DNA from: Alphaproteobacteria bacterium
GTDB taxonomy: Bacteria; Pseudomonadota; Alphaproteobacteria; MPNO01
Direction: 5' to 3'
Assembly: GCA_965248835.1 (NCBI GenBank)
Contig: CBDFLJ010000002.1
Location: 320,001 to 384,000, forward strand
DNA: 64,000 bases
Shown here piece by piece: positions 1 through 8,386 of the stretch; the first letter of the stretch is position 1, and every line of letters begins with the position of its first letter. The translations under genes were made by a program, and so were the position numbers. The notes under the pieces are model-generated. The model searched no databases. It saw only the letters and a list, made by a program, of their open reading frames with translations, and had not been told where the DNA came from.

Positions 1-2
1 AG

Positions 3-191
3 GAGCTTCCATTTGAGCGAGCCGCCGGTCTCCATGGTGACCGCCTCAAGGTAGGGCTTGACGCCCTCGGTCAAGACCACGTTCTTCGGGCCGTTCCACG
101 ATCCGTATATGTATTCGGCCGCCGATGCGGGCTGTCCCGCAAAGGCCATCGCGGTAGCGAAGGGCGCCAAAAGAATCAATCTTCTCGACAT
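3..191 (-). CDS. TRAP transporter substrate-binding protein (DctP-like), 5' part only, runs off window edge
   Basis: Not in ORF track. Manual translation from ATG at 191: MSRRLILLAPFATAMAFAGQPASAAEYIYGSWNGPKNVVLTEGVKPYLEAVTMETGGSLKWKL. Signal peptide ending ASA-A and a DctP-like N-terminus; divergent from dctQM. Confidence 0.7.
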   Translation of the reverse strand, partial: MSRRLILLAPFATAMAFAGQPASAAEYIYGSWNGPKNVVLTEGVKPYLEAVTMETGGSLKWKL

Positions 192-418
192 CTCTCATCC
201 CCTTCTCGGTTCTCGTTGTCCTATTTTCTTTGGGACCCGCGTCTGCGTCGACACGGCGCGGGGCAATGGGCACGATCCCCCCCAACTATATCGCCGGAGC
301 CCTGGGTGACCGAGTCCAATCTTTCGTTGTTTCGGTTGAAGCTTGACCTCGCGCCTCAATTGCCGACAGTGGGGCGGGTCCACTTCCGCGCGCCATAACC
401 GGGACGAGGGAGGGCAGC

Positions 419-964
419 ATGGCGTCGCTCAACCCCGAGGCGCTTCTCAAGAGGCTCGGCGAGGGTCTCGCTGTCGCGGGCGGCGTTGCCCTGGTCCTGA
501 TGATGTTGCACATCGTCGCCGACGTCGCCACCAAGTACCTGTTCAACGACCCGATCGACGGCACCACCGAAATCGTAGCCGCCTATTACATGGTGGCGGT
601 CGTGTTCCTGCCGCTGGCCTATGTGACATTCGCCGAAGGCCATTTGATCGTCGAGCTGTTCACCGTGCGGATGACCGGCCGGCCGCTCGCCGCGCTGATC
701 GGCTGCGCCGGGCTGATAACGCTCGCCTATCTCTTGTTCCTCGTCTACCACACCGGCGTCGAGGCGGTGCTGCGGACCGAGGACGGCGAGGCTTGGGAGA
801 CCTCGGTCGAGCTCGTGGCGATTTGGCCCAGCCGCTGGTTCCTGACGATCGGCCTTGCCGCCATGGCGCTCTATGTCGCGCTGGCGGTGGTCCGCCACTT
901 CAGCCGCGGTTCCCGGGAGCCGGGGTCAGCCCGGCTCGAGGTCCGCGCCCACGATATCTATTGA
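419..964 (+). CDS. TRAP transporter small permease (DctQ)
   Basis: Four hydrophobic segments, DVATKYLFNDPIDGTTEI and GHLIVELF motifs, GGAGGG RBS. Confidence 0.9.
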   Translation: MASLNPEALLKRLGEGLAVAGGVALVLMMLHIVADVATKYLFNDPIDGTTEIVAAYYMVAVVFLPLAYVTFAEGHLIVELFTVRMTGRPLAALIGCAGLITLAYLLFLVYHTGVEAVLRTEDGEAWETSVELVAIWPSRWFLTIGLAAMALYVALAVVRHFSRGSREPGSARLEVRAHDIY

Positions 965-1001
965 GCCTCGGTGGCGTGAACGACCGTTCGGAACCCCTGA
1001 C

Positions 1002-2309
1002 GTGACCAATCTCGAAATCGGATTCGCCGGAATCGGTGCCGTCCTCGCGCTGATCGCGATCCGAGTGCCGATCGGCGTCGCGCTCGGCGGTGTGTCGATC
1101 GTCGGCATTATCCTTATCCGCGGCCCCGGCGTGGCCGCCGGCGTGGTCAAGAACACGCCGTTCGAGTTCGCCGCCAACTGGTCGATCTCGGCCATCCCGA
1201 TGTTCCTGCTGATGGGAGCGTTGGCGCATCATTCGGGAATCAGCTCGTCGCTGTTCCAGGCCGCGCGGCTGTGGCTCGGCAATCTGCCGGGTGGGCTCGC
1301 GGTCGCCAGCAACTTCGCCTGTGCCGGGTTCTCGGCGGCGTCGGGATCGAGCCTGGCGACCGCGGCCGCGATGGGCCGCATCACCATCCCCGAGATGATC
1401 GGCCATGGCTACGACAAGGGGCTGTCGACCGGCGTGGTGGTCGCGGCGGGAACGCTCGGCTCGCTGATCCCGCCCTCCATCCTGATGGTGCTCTACGGCA
1501 TCTTCGCCGAGACGTCGATCGCGCAGCTCCTGGTCGCAGGCGTGCTGCCTGGAATCCTGACGGCCGTCGTGTACGCGGCGATGATTGTCACACGCTGCGG
1601 GCTCAATCCCAAGCTTGCCCCGCCGGTCCGGGAAAAGATTCCGCTCGGCCGCAAGCTCGCGGCGCTCGGCGGCGTGTGGCCGATCCTGGTGCTGATCCTC
1701 GGCATCATCGGCGGTATCTACTCTGGCCTAGTGACGCCGACGGAGGCCGGCGCCTTCGGCGCGTTCCTGTCCTTGGTGATCGCCGCGCTCCAGCGGCGCA
1801 TGAGCTGGGGCCTATTCAAGACCAGCGTCATGGAAGCCCTCATCGGCACGGCGAAGATCTTCTTTATCGCCATCGGCGCGGTGCTGCTCACCCGCTTCCT
1901 CGCGCTCAGCGGCGTTCCATTCTTCATCGGCGAGATGATCGGCGACTGGGCGCTCGACCCGCTGCTGCTGGTACTGGCGACCTCGCTGATCTACCTGCTG
2001 CTCGGCATGTTTCTCGAGCCGCTCGGGCTGATGCTGCTGACCCTGCCCCTGCTGCTGCCGATGTTCGAGGCGCTCAACCTCGACCTCGTGTGGCTCGGCG
2101 TGCTGGTCATCAAGTATCTCGAGATCGGGCTGATGACGCCGCCGGTTGGATTCAACGTTTATATCGTCAAGAGCGTGGTCGGCGACGAGATTCCGCTCGG
2201 CACCATCTTCCGCGGCGTGGTCTGGTTCCTTGCCTGCGAAGTCGTCGTCGTCGCGCTGCTCGTGGCCTTCCCGGAGATATCCCTGTTCCTCCCCCAATTG
2301 ATGAGATGA
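1002..2309 (+). CDS. TRAP transporter large permease (DctM)
   Basis: AIPMFLLMG, SGSSLATAA, GTLGSLIPPS and IGLMTPPVGFNVY motifs. Start moved from 855 to GTG 1002 to avoid overlap with dctQ. Confidence 0.92.
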   Translation: MTNLEIGFAGIGAVLALIAIRVPIGVALGGVSIVGIILIRGPGVAAGVVKNTPFEFAANWSISAIPMFLLMGALAHHSGISSSLFQAARLWLGNLPGGLAVASNFACAGFSAASGSSLATAAAMGRITIPEMIGHGYDKGLSTGVVVAAGTLGSLIPPSILMVLYGIFAETSIAQLLVAGVLPGILTAVVYAAMIVTRCGLNPKLAPPVREKIPLGRKLAALGGVWPILVLILGIIGGIYSGLVTPTEAGAFGAFLSLVIAALQRRMSWGLFKTSVMEALIGTAKIFFIAIGAVLLTRFLALSGVPFFIGEMIGDWALDPLLLVLATSLIYLLLGMFLEPLGLMLLTLPLLLPMFEALNLDLVWLGVLVIKYLEIGLMTPPVGFNVYIVKSVVGDEIPLGTIFRGVVWFLACEVVVVALLVAFPEISLFLPQLMR

Positions 2310-2314
2310 ACTGG

Positions 2315-2500
2315 TGATCCTCCCCCACTGAATTGGTCGATCCTTAAATTTTGGAACAAGGAGGACCGAGGATGGCGAGGAAGCGTCACAAGCCGGAGGA
2401 GATTGTCGGCAAGCTGCGGCAGGCAGAGGTTCTGCGTGGGCAGGGCATGTCGATGGCGGATGCGATCCGGCAGCTGGGGATCAGCGAGGCCACGTTTTAT
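2315..2500 (+). mobile_element. IS3-family (IS407-like) left end with truncated OrfA (2372-2500)
   Basis: TGATCCTCCCCCAC terminus, AGGAGG RBS, then MARKRHKPEEIVGKLRQAEVLRGQGMSMADAIRQLGISEATFY (HTH_Tnp_1-like). Homology stops at 2500. Confidence 0.8.
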
Positions 2501-2640
2501 CTCTATGGACGGCTCTCCCGTTGCAAGGGATGTTGAGATGAGCGGCTGGGTCAGTTGCAAACATCTATCCGGCATCGCCCGTGTCGGGGTGCCCAAATGG
2601 GGAATCCGCGCGCACCCGCCTCTACAGGTGGTAGGCCTCT
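2501..2640 (-). mobile_element. Probable right-end non-coding region of an IS110-family (IS1111 group) element, no transposase
   Basis: Minus strand reads GCGCGCGGATTCC...GCCGGATAGATG...CTTGCAACGGGAGAGCCGTCCATAGAG. This matches my recollection of IS1111-type right ends (-35-like TTGCAA just inside a sub-terminal IR ending GTCCATA). Confidence 0.55.
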
Positions 2641-2641
2641 A

Positions 2642-3276
2642 GGCTCTGGACCCATAAAAGAGCTTTACGGTTCTGTTTGGATCCGATCCAAGCTTCCAAA
2701 CCGTGGGAGCTTGAGAATGTCGGAGAGCTTTTGGCTGAGCGACGAGCAGTTTGGACGTCTGGCGCCGTTGTTGCCGACGGACACGCGCGGCGTGCCGCGG
2801 GTTGACGACCGGCGGGTGATATCAGGGATCATCCATGTTCTTCGATCGGGCTGAAGGTGGAAGGATGCGCCGGCGGAATACGGCCCGCACAAGACGCTGT
2901 ACAACCGCTTTGTCCGCTGGGCGCGACGGCTGATCGTCGGGGCGGGCCATCGCGGCGACGCACCGATTGGCGGCGCGCCTGATCGGTGCCATGGCGCCCG
3001 GCTTGTGCATCGCTGATGCCGCCTACGACAGCGACGCGCTCCGCGACCTGCTTCTCGACCGGGGCACCATCCCGGTCATCCCCAACAACCCGACCCGCAA
3101 ACGGCATCACCCGTTCGATCGTCAGGCCTACCGCCTGCGCAACGTGATCGAACGTGCCTTCGCCCGACTCAAGGACTGGCGCTGGATCGCCACCCAGTAC
3201 GACAAACTCGCCCTGACCTACACCGCCGCCGTCACCATCGCCGCCATCGTCATTTGCTGGTTATGAGTCTGGAGCC
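2642..3276 (+). mobile_element. IS5-family (IS427-like) element, internally deleted, transposase pseudogene
   Basis: Terminal IRs GGCTCTGGACCCATAA / TTATGAGTCTGGAGCC. N-terminus MSESFWLSDEQFGRLAPLLP...RVDDRRVISGI with in-frame TGA at 2852-2854. C-terminus ADAAYDSD...YRLRNVIERAFARLKDWRWIATQYDK. Only 635 bp long. Confidence 0.85.
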
Positions 3277-3310
3277 TGGGGCAGGGGGAGCACAGGGGGG
3301 TAGGAAAAGC

Positions 3311-3338
3311 TTGCCGAGGGGGTCAATACCCATAGACT
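3311..3338 (+). promoter_or_regulatory. Putative sigma70 promoter of the ABC operon
   Basis: TTGCCG-N16-TAGACT, about 30 nt upstream of the SBP start codon. Confidence 0.35.
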
Positions 3339-3366
3339 GTCGGACCACAGGAGAAGAGGTGGGACC

Positions 3367-4833
3367 ATGAAACCATCATTGACCAGGGTATCGACGGTCG
3401 CTCTTGCGGCCGCGCTTTGCTTGAGCATCGGCGCTGCGGCTCCCGCGCTCGCCCAGGACGGCGTCGCGCAGCGCGCGATCGACGGTGCCAAGGCGTATGT
3501 CAAGCAGCACAATCTCAAGAACCCGAAGCTCGACATTCTGCTGAATTCGCTCTACCGCAACTCGTTCCCCGATTTCGCGGCCGAGTGGAAGCAGCTGACG
3601 GGTGTCGAGGTGGACTCGGAGCCGCTCGGCTACACCGACATCCCGAGCAAGGTCATGGGTGAGGCGGTCGCCAAGACCGGCGCGTTCGACATGTTCAACG
3701 ACTTTCCCTACACCCAGCCCGACGCGGCGAGCGCCGGCGTCCTGAAGCCGCTCGATGAGTATGCGGCCAAGTACAAGCCGGATTTCTCGGGCATCCCCGA
3801 AGCGTTCATCGCCCAGCAATACTATAACGGCAAGCAGTACAGCTTCGTCCTCGACGGCGACCACATCATCCTGGTGCTGCGCAAGGACATCGTCCAGAAC
3901 CCCATGGCGCGTGCCGAGTTCAAGGCGGCGACCGGCAAGGATCTCGGCTGTCCCGCGACGATGGCCGAGTGGGAGGAGCAGGCCAAGTTCTTCCACACCA
4001 AGGCGGGCCAGACCCGCTGGGGCGTCAAGTTCGACAAGCCGCTCTACGGCGCCATGGGCTACCGGTCGATCAAGTTTTCGCATCGGCATTTCCCGGCCTA
4101 TTTCGGCGGACTCCTGTTCGACCAGAAGATGAACCCGCGGATCAACACCAAGCAGGGCGTCAACGCGATCACCGCTTTCGCCTCGATCGTCCAGTACATG
4201 CCCGAGGACATCCAGGGCTGGGGGACGCCGCAGATCTACCCCTTCTGGGGCAGCGGGCAGGCCTATTCGGTGATGTCGTTCCCGTCGATCTTCGGTTTCG
4301 GCAACGCCAACCCCAAGAGCACGGTCAAGGGCATCCAGAAGCCCTGCGTGATTCCGGCAACGGATGCGGGCGGCAAGCTGGTGCGCCGCGCCGCCGAGGC
4401 GGCGGGGACGAGCTACATGGTCAACACCTATAGCGACCATCCCGAGCTCGCCTATCTGTTCATCCAGTGGCTGACCAGCCCGTCGGTCGGCAACCGGGCG
4501 ATCGCCCACCCCAGGGGCTTCTGGGACCCGTTCCGCAAGCACAACCTGGGCGATGCCGGCATCATCAAGAAGTTCTCCAACGAGTTCCTCGAGACCACGA
4601 TGGAGAACGCCCAGTACACGACCTCGCTGCTCTATATCGAGGGCCATTACGAGTACATGAAGATCCTCGACAACAACCTCGCCGACGTGATGAACAAGAA
4701 CATCTCGCCTGCCGAGGCGGCGAAGAAGATCGAGCGGCGCTGGAACGCCGTGACCGAGGATATCGGCCGCGACGAGCAGATCGAGGCCTGGCTCAAGGGC
4801 GTCGCGACCGGTCTCTATGTCGACCGGTTCTAG
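3367..4833 (+). CDS. ABC transporter extracellular solute-binding protein (CUT1/carbohydrate type)
   Basis: Signal peptide (ALA-QD), WKQLTGVEV, LKPLDEY, PATMAEWEEQAKFF and HPELAYLFIQWLTS; first gene of the operon. Confidence 0.9.
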   Translation: MKPSLTRVSTVALAAALCLSIGAAAPALAQDGVAQRAIDGAKAYVKQHNLKNPKLDILLNSLYRNSFPDFAAEWKQLTGVEVDSEPLGYTDIPSKVMGEAVAKTGAFDMFNDFPYTQPDAASAGVLKPLDEYAAKYKPDFSGIPEAFIAQQYYNGKQYSFVLDGDHIILVLRKDIVQNPMARAEFKAATGKDLGCPATMAEWEEQAKFFHTKAGQTRWGVKFDKPLYGAMGYRSIKFSHRHFPAYFGGLLFDQKMNPRINTKQGVNAITAFASIVQYMPEDIQGWGTPQIYPFWGSGQAYSVMSFPSIFGFGNANPKSTVKGIQKPCVIPATDAGGKLVRRAAEAAGTSYMVNTYSDHPELAYLFIQWLTSPSVGNRAIAHPRGFWDPFRKHNLGDAGIIKKFSNEFLETTMENAQYTTSLLYIEGHYEYMKILDNNLADVMNKNISPAEAAKKIERRWNAVTEDIGRDEQIEAWLKGVATGLYVDRF

Positions 4834-4846
4834 CCCGGTCAACGCC

Positions 4847-4903
4847 CGTCTGGGCGCCGGCGTGCCTCCCCGCCCCCGGGGCGGCGCGCCGGCGCCCATG
4901 ACG
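4847..4903 (+). other. Long GC-rich intercistronic stem-loop after the SBP gene
   Basis: TGGGCGCCGGCGTGCC (4851-4866) pairs with GGCGCGCCGGCGCCCA (4883-4898), with inner stem CCCCG/CGGGG and outer CGTC/GACG. No U-tract. Confidence 0.75.
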
Positions 4904-4908
4904 CGACC

Positions 4909-5871
4909 TTGAACGCCGCGCTCTCCCCCCGCAGCAACCGACCGTTCGGCAGGCTCGGCGCCTGGCTCGCCCAGGAGCGGGTGTTCCGCTGGATCCCGTT
5001 CGCGCTGGTCGAGGCCACCTTCGTCCTCGTCATCATCATCCCGTTCGTCCTGACCATCTACATCAGCTTCCTGCGCTGGCGCGCCAACCGGCCGTTCGAG
5101 CAGGCCTATCTGTCGGGATTCCGCAATTACGAGCAGGTGCTGACCGACATCGGCTTCTGGGCATCGCTCGGACGCACCTTCTATTTCGCCGGCGCGGCGG
5201 TGGTCTTCGAACTGGTGATCGGCTTCATCCTGGCGATGCTGGTCCACCGCGTCATCCGCGGCCAGCGCTTCTACATCACCCTCTTCCTGGTCCCGATGAT
5301 GATCGTGCCGGTGGTCGCCGGGTACAACTTCTCGATGATCTATCTCGACAGCGGTCCGCTCAACCAGGTGCTCTCGCCGCTGATGCACGTGCTCGGCGTC
5401 GATCCGCGCATCCGCTGGCTCTCGGACCCGACCGCGGCCCAGCTCGCGATCATCTTCGCCGACATCTGGCAATGGACCTCGCTGACCTTCCTGATCTTCC
5501 TCTCGGGCTTCGCCGCGCTCCCGCCCCAGCTCATCAACGCGGCCAGGGTGATGGGGGCGAACCGGCGGCAGATCTTCTTCTGGGTCGAATTGCCGCTGCT
5601 CAGGCCGGTGATCGTGATCGCGGTGGTGATCCGCTCGATGGAGGCGCTCAAGCTGTTCGACCCGGTGGTGCTGCTCACCTTCGGCGGGCCCGGAACCTCG
5701 ACCCAGACCATCGCCTTCTATCTCTGGGAGCAGGTCTGGGAGTTCAACAAGTACAGCTTCGGCGCCGCCGCCTCGGTCCTGCTGCTGATTCTGTTCTCGG
5801 CCCTGATCTTCACCGGCATCTGGCTGATGGTGCGCCAGCGCGCCCAGATCGAGCGCGAGCGGGCAACATGA
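4909..5871 (+). CDS. Carbohydrate ABC transporter permease 1
   Basis: GFRNY, DIWQWT and EAA-like loop NAARVMGA; TTG start uncertain. Confidence 0.9.
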   Translation: MNAALSPRSNRPFGRLGAWLAQERVFRWIPFALVEATFVLVIIIPFVLTIYISFLRWRANRPFEQAYLSGFRNYEQVLTDIGFWASLGRTFYFAGAAVVFELVIGFILAMLVHRVIRGQRFYITLFLVPMMIVPVVAGYNFSMIYLDSGPLNQVLSPLMHVLGVDPRIRWLSDPTAAQLAIIFADIWQWTSLTFLIFLSGFAALPPQLINAARVMGANRRQIFFWVELPLLRPVIVIAVVIRSMEALKLFDPVVLLTFGGPGTSTQTIAFYLWEQVWEFNKYSFGAAASVLLLILFSALIFTGIWLMVRQRAQIERERAT

Positions 5872-6785
5872 ACGGCCGCCGCCGCGACCGCAGGCCGATC
5901 TACCGCCACGCGGTCCTGATCGCCTGGACGATGATCATCATGTTCCCGATCTACTGGATGTTGCAGACCTCGTTCAAGGACGCCGGCGAATGGGTGACCT
6001 GGCCGCCGCATTGGATCCCGCACGACCCGACGCTCAGGAACTACGAGCAGATCTTCACCTTCGACGTCCAGCAGGCCGGGGTCGCCCGCGACGCCAGCGA
6101 ACAGCCGTTCAGCATCTGGGGCTCGCTGTTCGATTCGATGCTGATCTGCACCATCTCCTCGCTGATCGCGCTGTTCATGGGCACCTTCCTGGCCTATGCG
6201 ATCTCGCGCTTCAACGTCGGCGGCGGCAAGTTCCGCCACATGGTGCTGATGGTCCGCATGATCCCGCCGATCGTGATCGCGATCCCGCTTCTGATGTATT
6301 ACGCGGTGCTGATCCCGTTCTCGACCGAGGCGGTGTTCGGGGTCCGTATCAGCCTGTTCGATACCAGGACAGGCATGAGCATGCTCTACGTGACGATCAC
6401 GCTCCCCTTCGTCATCTGGATGATGCTGAGCTTCATCGACGAGGTGCCCTATACGCTCGAGCACGCCGCACGGATCATGGGGGCGGGGCGGATCTATACG
6501 CTGCGCAAGGTGGTCCTGCCGCTGGTCGCCTCGGGCATGGTGGTGACCTTCCTGTTCGTCTTCATCCTGAACTGGGCGGAGTTCCTGCTCGCACTCACGC
6601 TCACTCACCCGGACGTCTCGACGCTGCCGGTGCTGCTCAACAAGTTCCAGAGCGCCTCCGAAGGACGGCTCTACGGCCCTCAGGCGGCGATCGGCACGGT
6701 GATCACGATCCCGGTGGTGGTGCTCGGCATTCTCATCCAGAAGCATTTGGTCAAGGGCTTCAGCTTCGGCATGATGCGGCGGTGA
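5868..6785 (+). CDS. Carbohydrate ABC transporter permease 2
   Basis: ATGA overlap with the previous stop; FPIYWMLQTSFK, EHAARIMGA, WAEFLLAL and IQKHLVKG motifs. Confidence 0.9.
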   Translation: MNGRRRDRRPIYRHAVLIAWTMIIMFPIYWMLQTSFKDAGEWVTWPPHWIPHDPTLRNYEQIFTFDVQQAGVARDASEQPFSIWGSLFDSMLICTISSLIALFMGTFLAYAISRFNVGGGKFRHMVLMVRMIPPIVIAIPLLMYYAVLIPFSTEAVFGVRISLFDTRTGMSMLYVTITLPFVIWMMLSFIDEVPYTLEHAARIMGAGRIYTLRKVVLPLVASGMVVTFLFVFILNWAEFLLALTLTHPDVSTLPVLLNKFQSASEGRLYGPQAAIGTVITIPVVVLGILIQKHLVKGFSFGMMRR

Positions 6786-6799
6786 CGGGGAACCAAATC

Positions 6800-7870
6800 G
6801 TGGCAAACATCGTCCTGAAGGAGCTCGTCAAGCGGTTCGGTGACATCACCGCCGTCAACGGCGTCAACCTGGACATCGAGGACGGGGAGTTCCTGATCCT
6901 GGTCGGGCCGTCGGGCTGCGGGAAGACGACGACGCTCAACATGATCTCCGGCCTGGTCGCCCCCACCAGCGGCGAGATCATGATCGGCGAGCGCAACGTC
7001 ACCCATGTCGAGCCGGGCGAGCGCGGGCTCGGGATGATGTTCCAGGACCTGGCTCTGTTCCCGCATATGACGGTGTTCGAGAACATCGCCTTCGGTCTCA
7101 GGGTCAAGCAGATGCCCGACCGCGAGATCGCCGACCAGGTGCGCAAGGTGGCCGAGTCGTTGCATATCGCGGCGCTGCTCGACAAGCGGCCGGGCGAGTG
7201 CTCGGGCGGCGAGGCGCAGCGGGTGGCGCTGGCTCGGACCATCGTCACCAACCCCTCGGTCTATCTGATGGACGAGCCGCTCTCGAGCCTCGACGCCAAG
7301 CTCAGGGTCGACATGCGGACCGAGCTCAAGGGGCTGCACGAGCGGCTCGGCAACACCTTCGTCTATGTGACCCACGACCAGGCCGAGGCGATGACCATGG
7401 CCGACCGAATCGTGGTGATGAATCTGGGCGAGATCGAGCAGGTCGGCGGCCCGCTCGACATCTACCGCAGGCCGGTCACCCGTTTCGTCGCCGGGTTCTT
7501 CGGCATGCCGACGATGAACTTCCTGGAAGGCGGGATCGAGGCCCGGGACGGGGGGCCGCGTTTCGTGAGCGGGAATCTGAGCGTCGCCCTGTCCGCCGAC
7601 CTGCCCGCCGGGCTCGCCGGAAGGCGGAGCGTCCTCGGCGTCCGCTCCGAGCACGTGACGACCGGCGCGGGCGGCATGTCGGGGACCGTCAGGATCGTCG
7701 AGCCGCTCGGCGACGCGACGCTGGTCTTCTTCGAGTTCGGCGGCGCCGGCCGGCTGGTCGCCAAGACCGACCCCGACCTGACGTTTCGCCCCAACGACCC
7801 GGTGACCTTCGACTTCGATGCCGCGCACTGCCACCTGTTCGATCCCGCCGACGGCGCAAGGCTGAATTAG
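6800..7870 (+). CDS. ABC transporter ATP-binding protein (MalK/UgpC type)
   Basis: Walker A GPSGCGKT, signature variant CSGGE, Walker B YLMDE, VTHDQAEAM and C-terminal TOBE domain. Start is GTG 6800 or 6782. Confidence 0.92.
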   Translation: MANIVLKELVKRFGDITAVNGVNLDIEDGEFLILVGPSGCGKTTTLNMISGLVAPTSGEIMIGERNVTHVEPGERGLGMMFQDLALFPHMTVFENIAFGLRVKQMPDREIADQVRKVAESLHIAALLDKRPGECSGGEAQRVALARTIVTNPSVYLMDEPLSSLDAKLRVDMRTELKGLHERLGNTFVYVTHDQAEAMTMADRIVVMNLGEIEQVGGPLDIYRRPVTRFVAGFFGMPTMNFLEGGIEARDGGPRFVSGNLSVALSADLPAGLAGRRSVLGVRSEHVTTGAGGMSGTVRIVEPLGDATLVFFEFGGAGRLVAKTDPDLTFRPNDPVTFDFDAAHCHLFDPADGARLN

Positions 7871-8376
7871 GGGAGACGGGCCGCGTTGGCACCATGACCC
7901 ACGACGATGAGCGCAACGCAACGACCACGCTATTCGCCGCCCTGAACGTCTTCGACGGCACGGTCATCGGCCGCAATATGCAGCGTCATCGCCACCAGGA
8001 ACTCATCCGCTTCCTCAACACGATCGAGGTCGAGGCGCCGGTCGGTAAAGCCGCTCAAGTCATTCTCGACAATTACGCCGCCCACAAACACCCGAAGGTC
8101 CGGCGCTGGCTCGATCGTCATCCACGCTGGACCTTTCACTTCACGCCGACATCCTGCTCTTGGCTCAACGCCCTGGAAGATTTCTTCGCAAAACACGCCA
8201 AACGCCGCCTCGAACGCGGCGTCTTCCGCTCCGTGGTCGACCTTCAGGCCGCCATCAACCGGTTCGTCGCTGAGCACAACCAAAGCGAGGCCAAGCCATT
8301 CCGTTGGACCGTAGACCTCGACGAAATCATCGCCGGCGTCAAACGCGGGCACCAAACGTTAGATTCCATCCACTAG
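7871..8376 (+). pseudogene. IS630-family transposase, C-terminal remnant with right end
   Basis: TMTHDDERNATTTLFAALN, ILDNYAAHKHP, FHFTPTSCSWLNALE; ends GATTCCATCCACTAG. 5' part absent. Confidence 0.9.
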
Positions 8377-8386
8377 GTGGCGTCGG

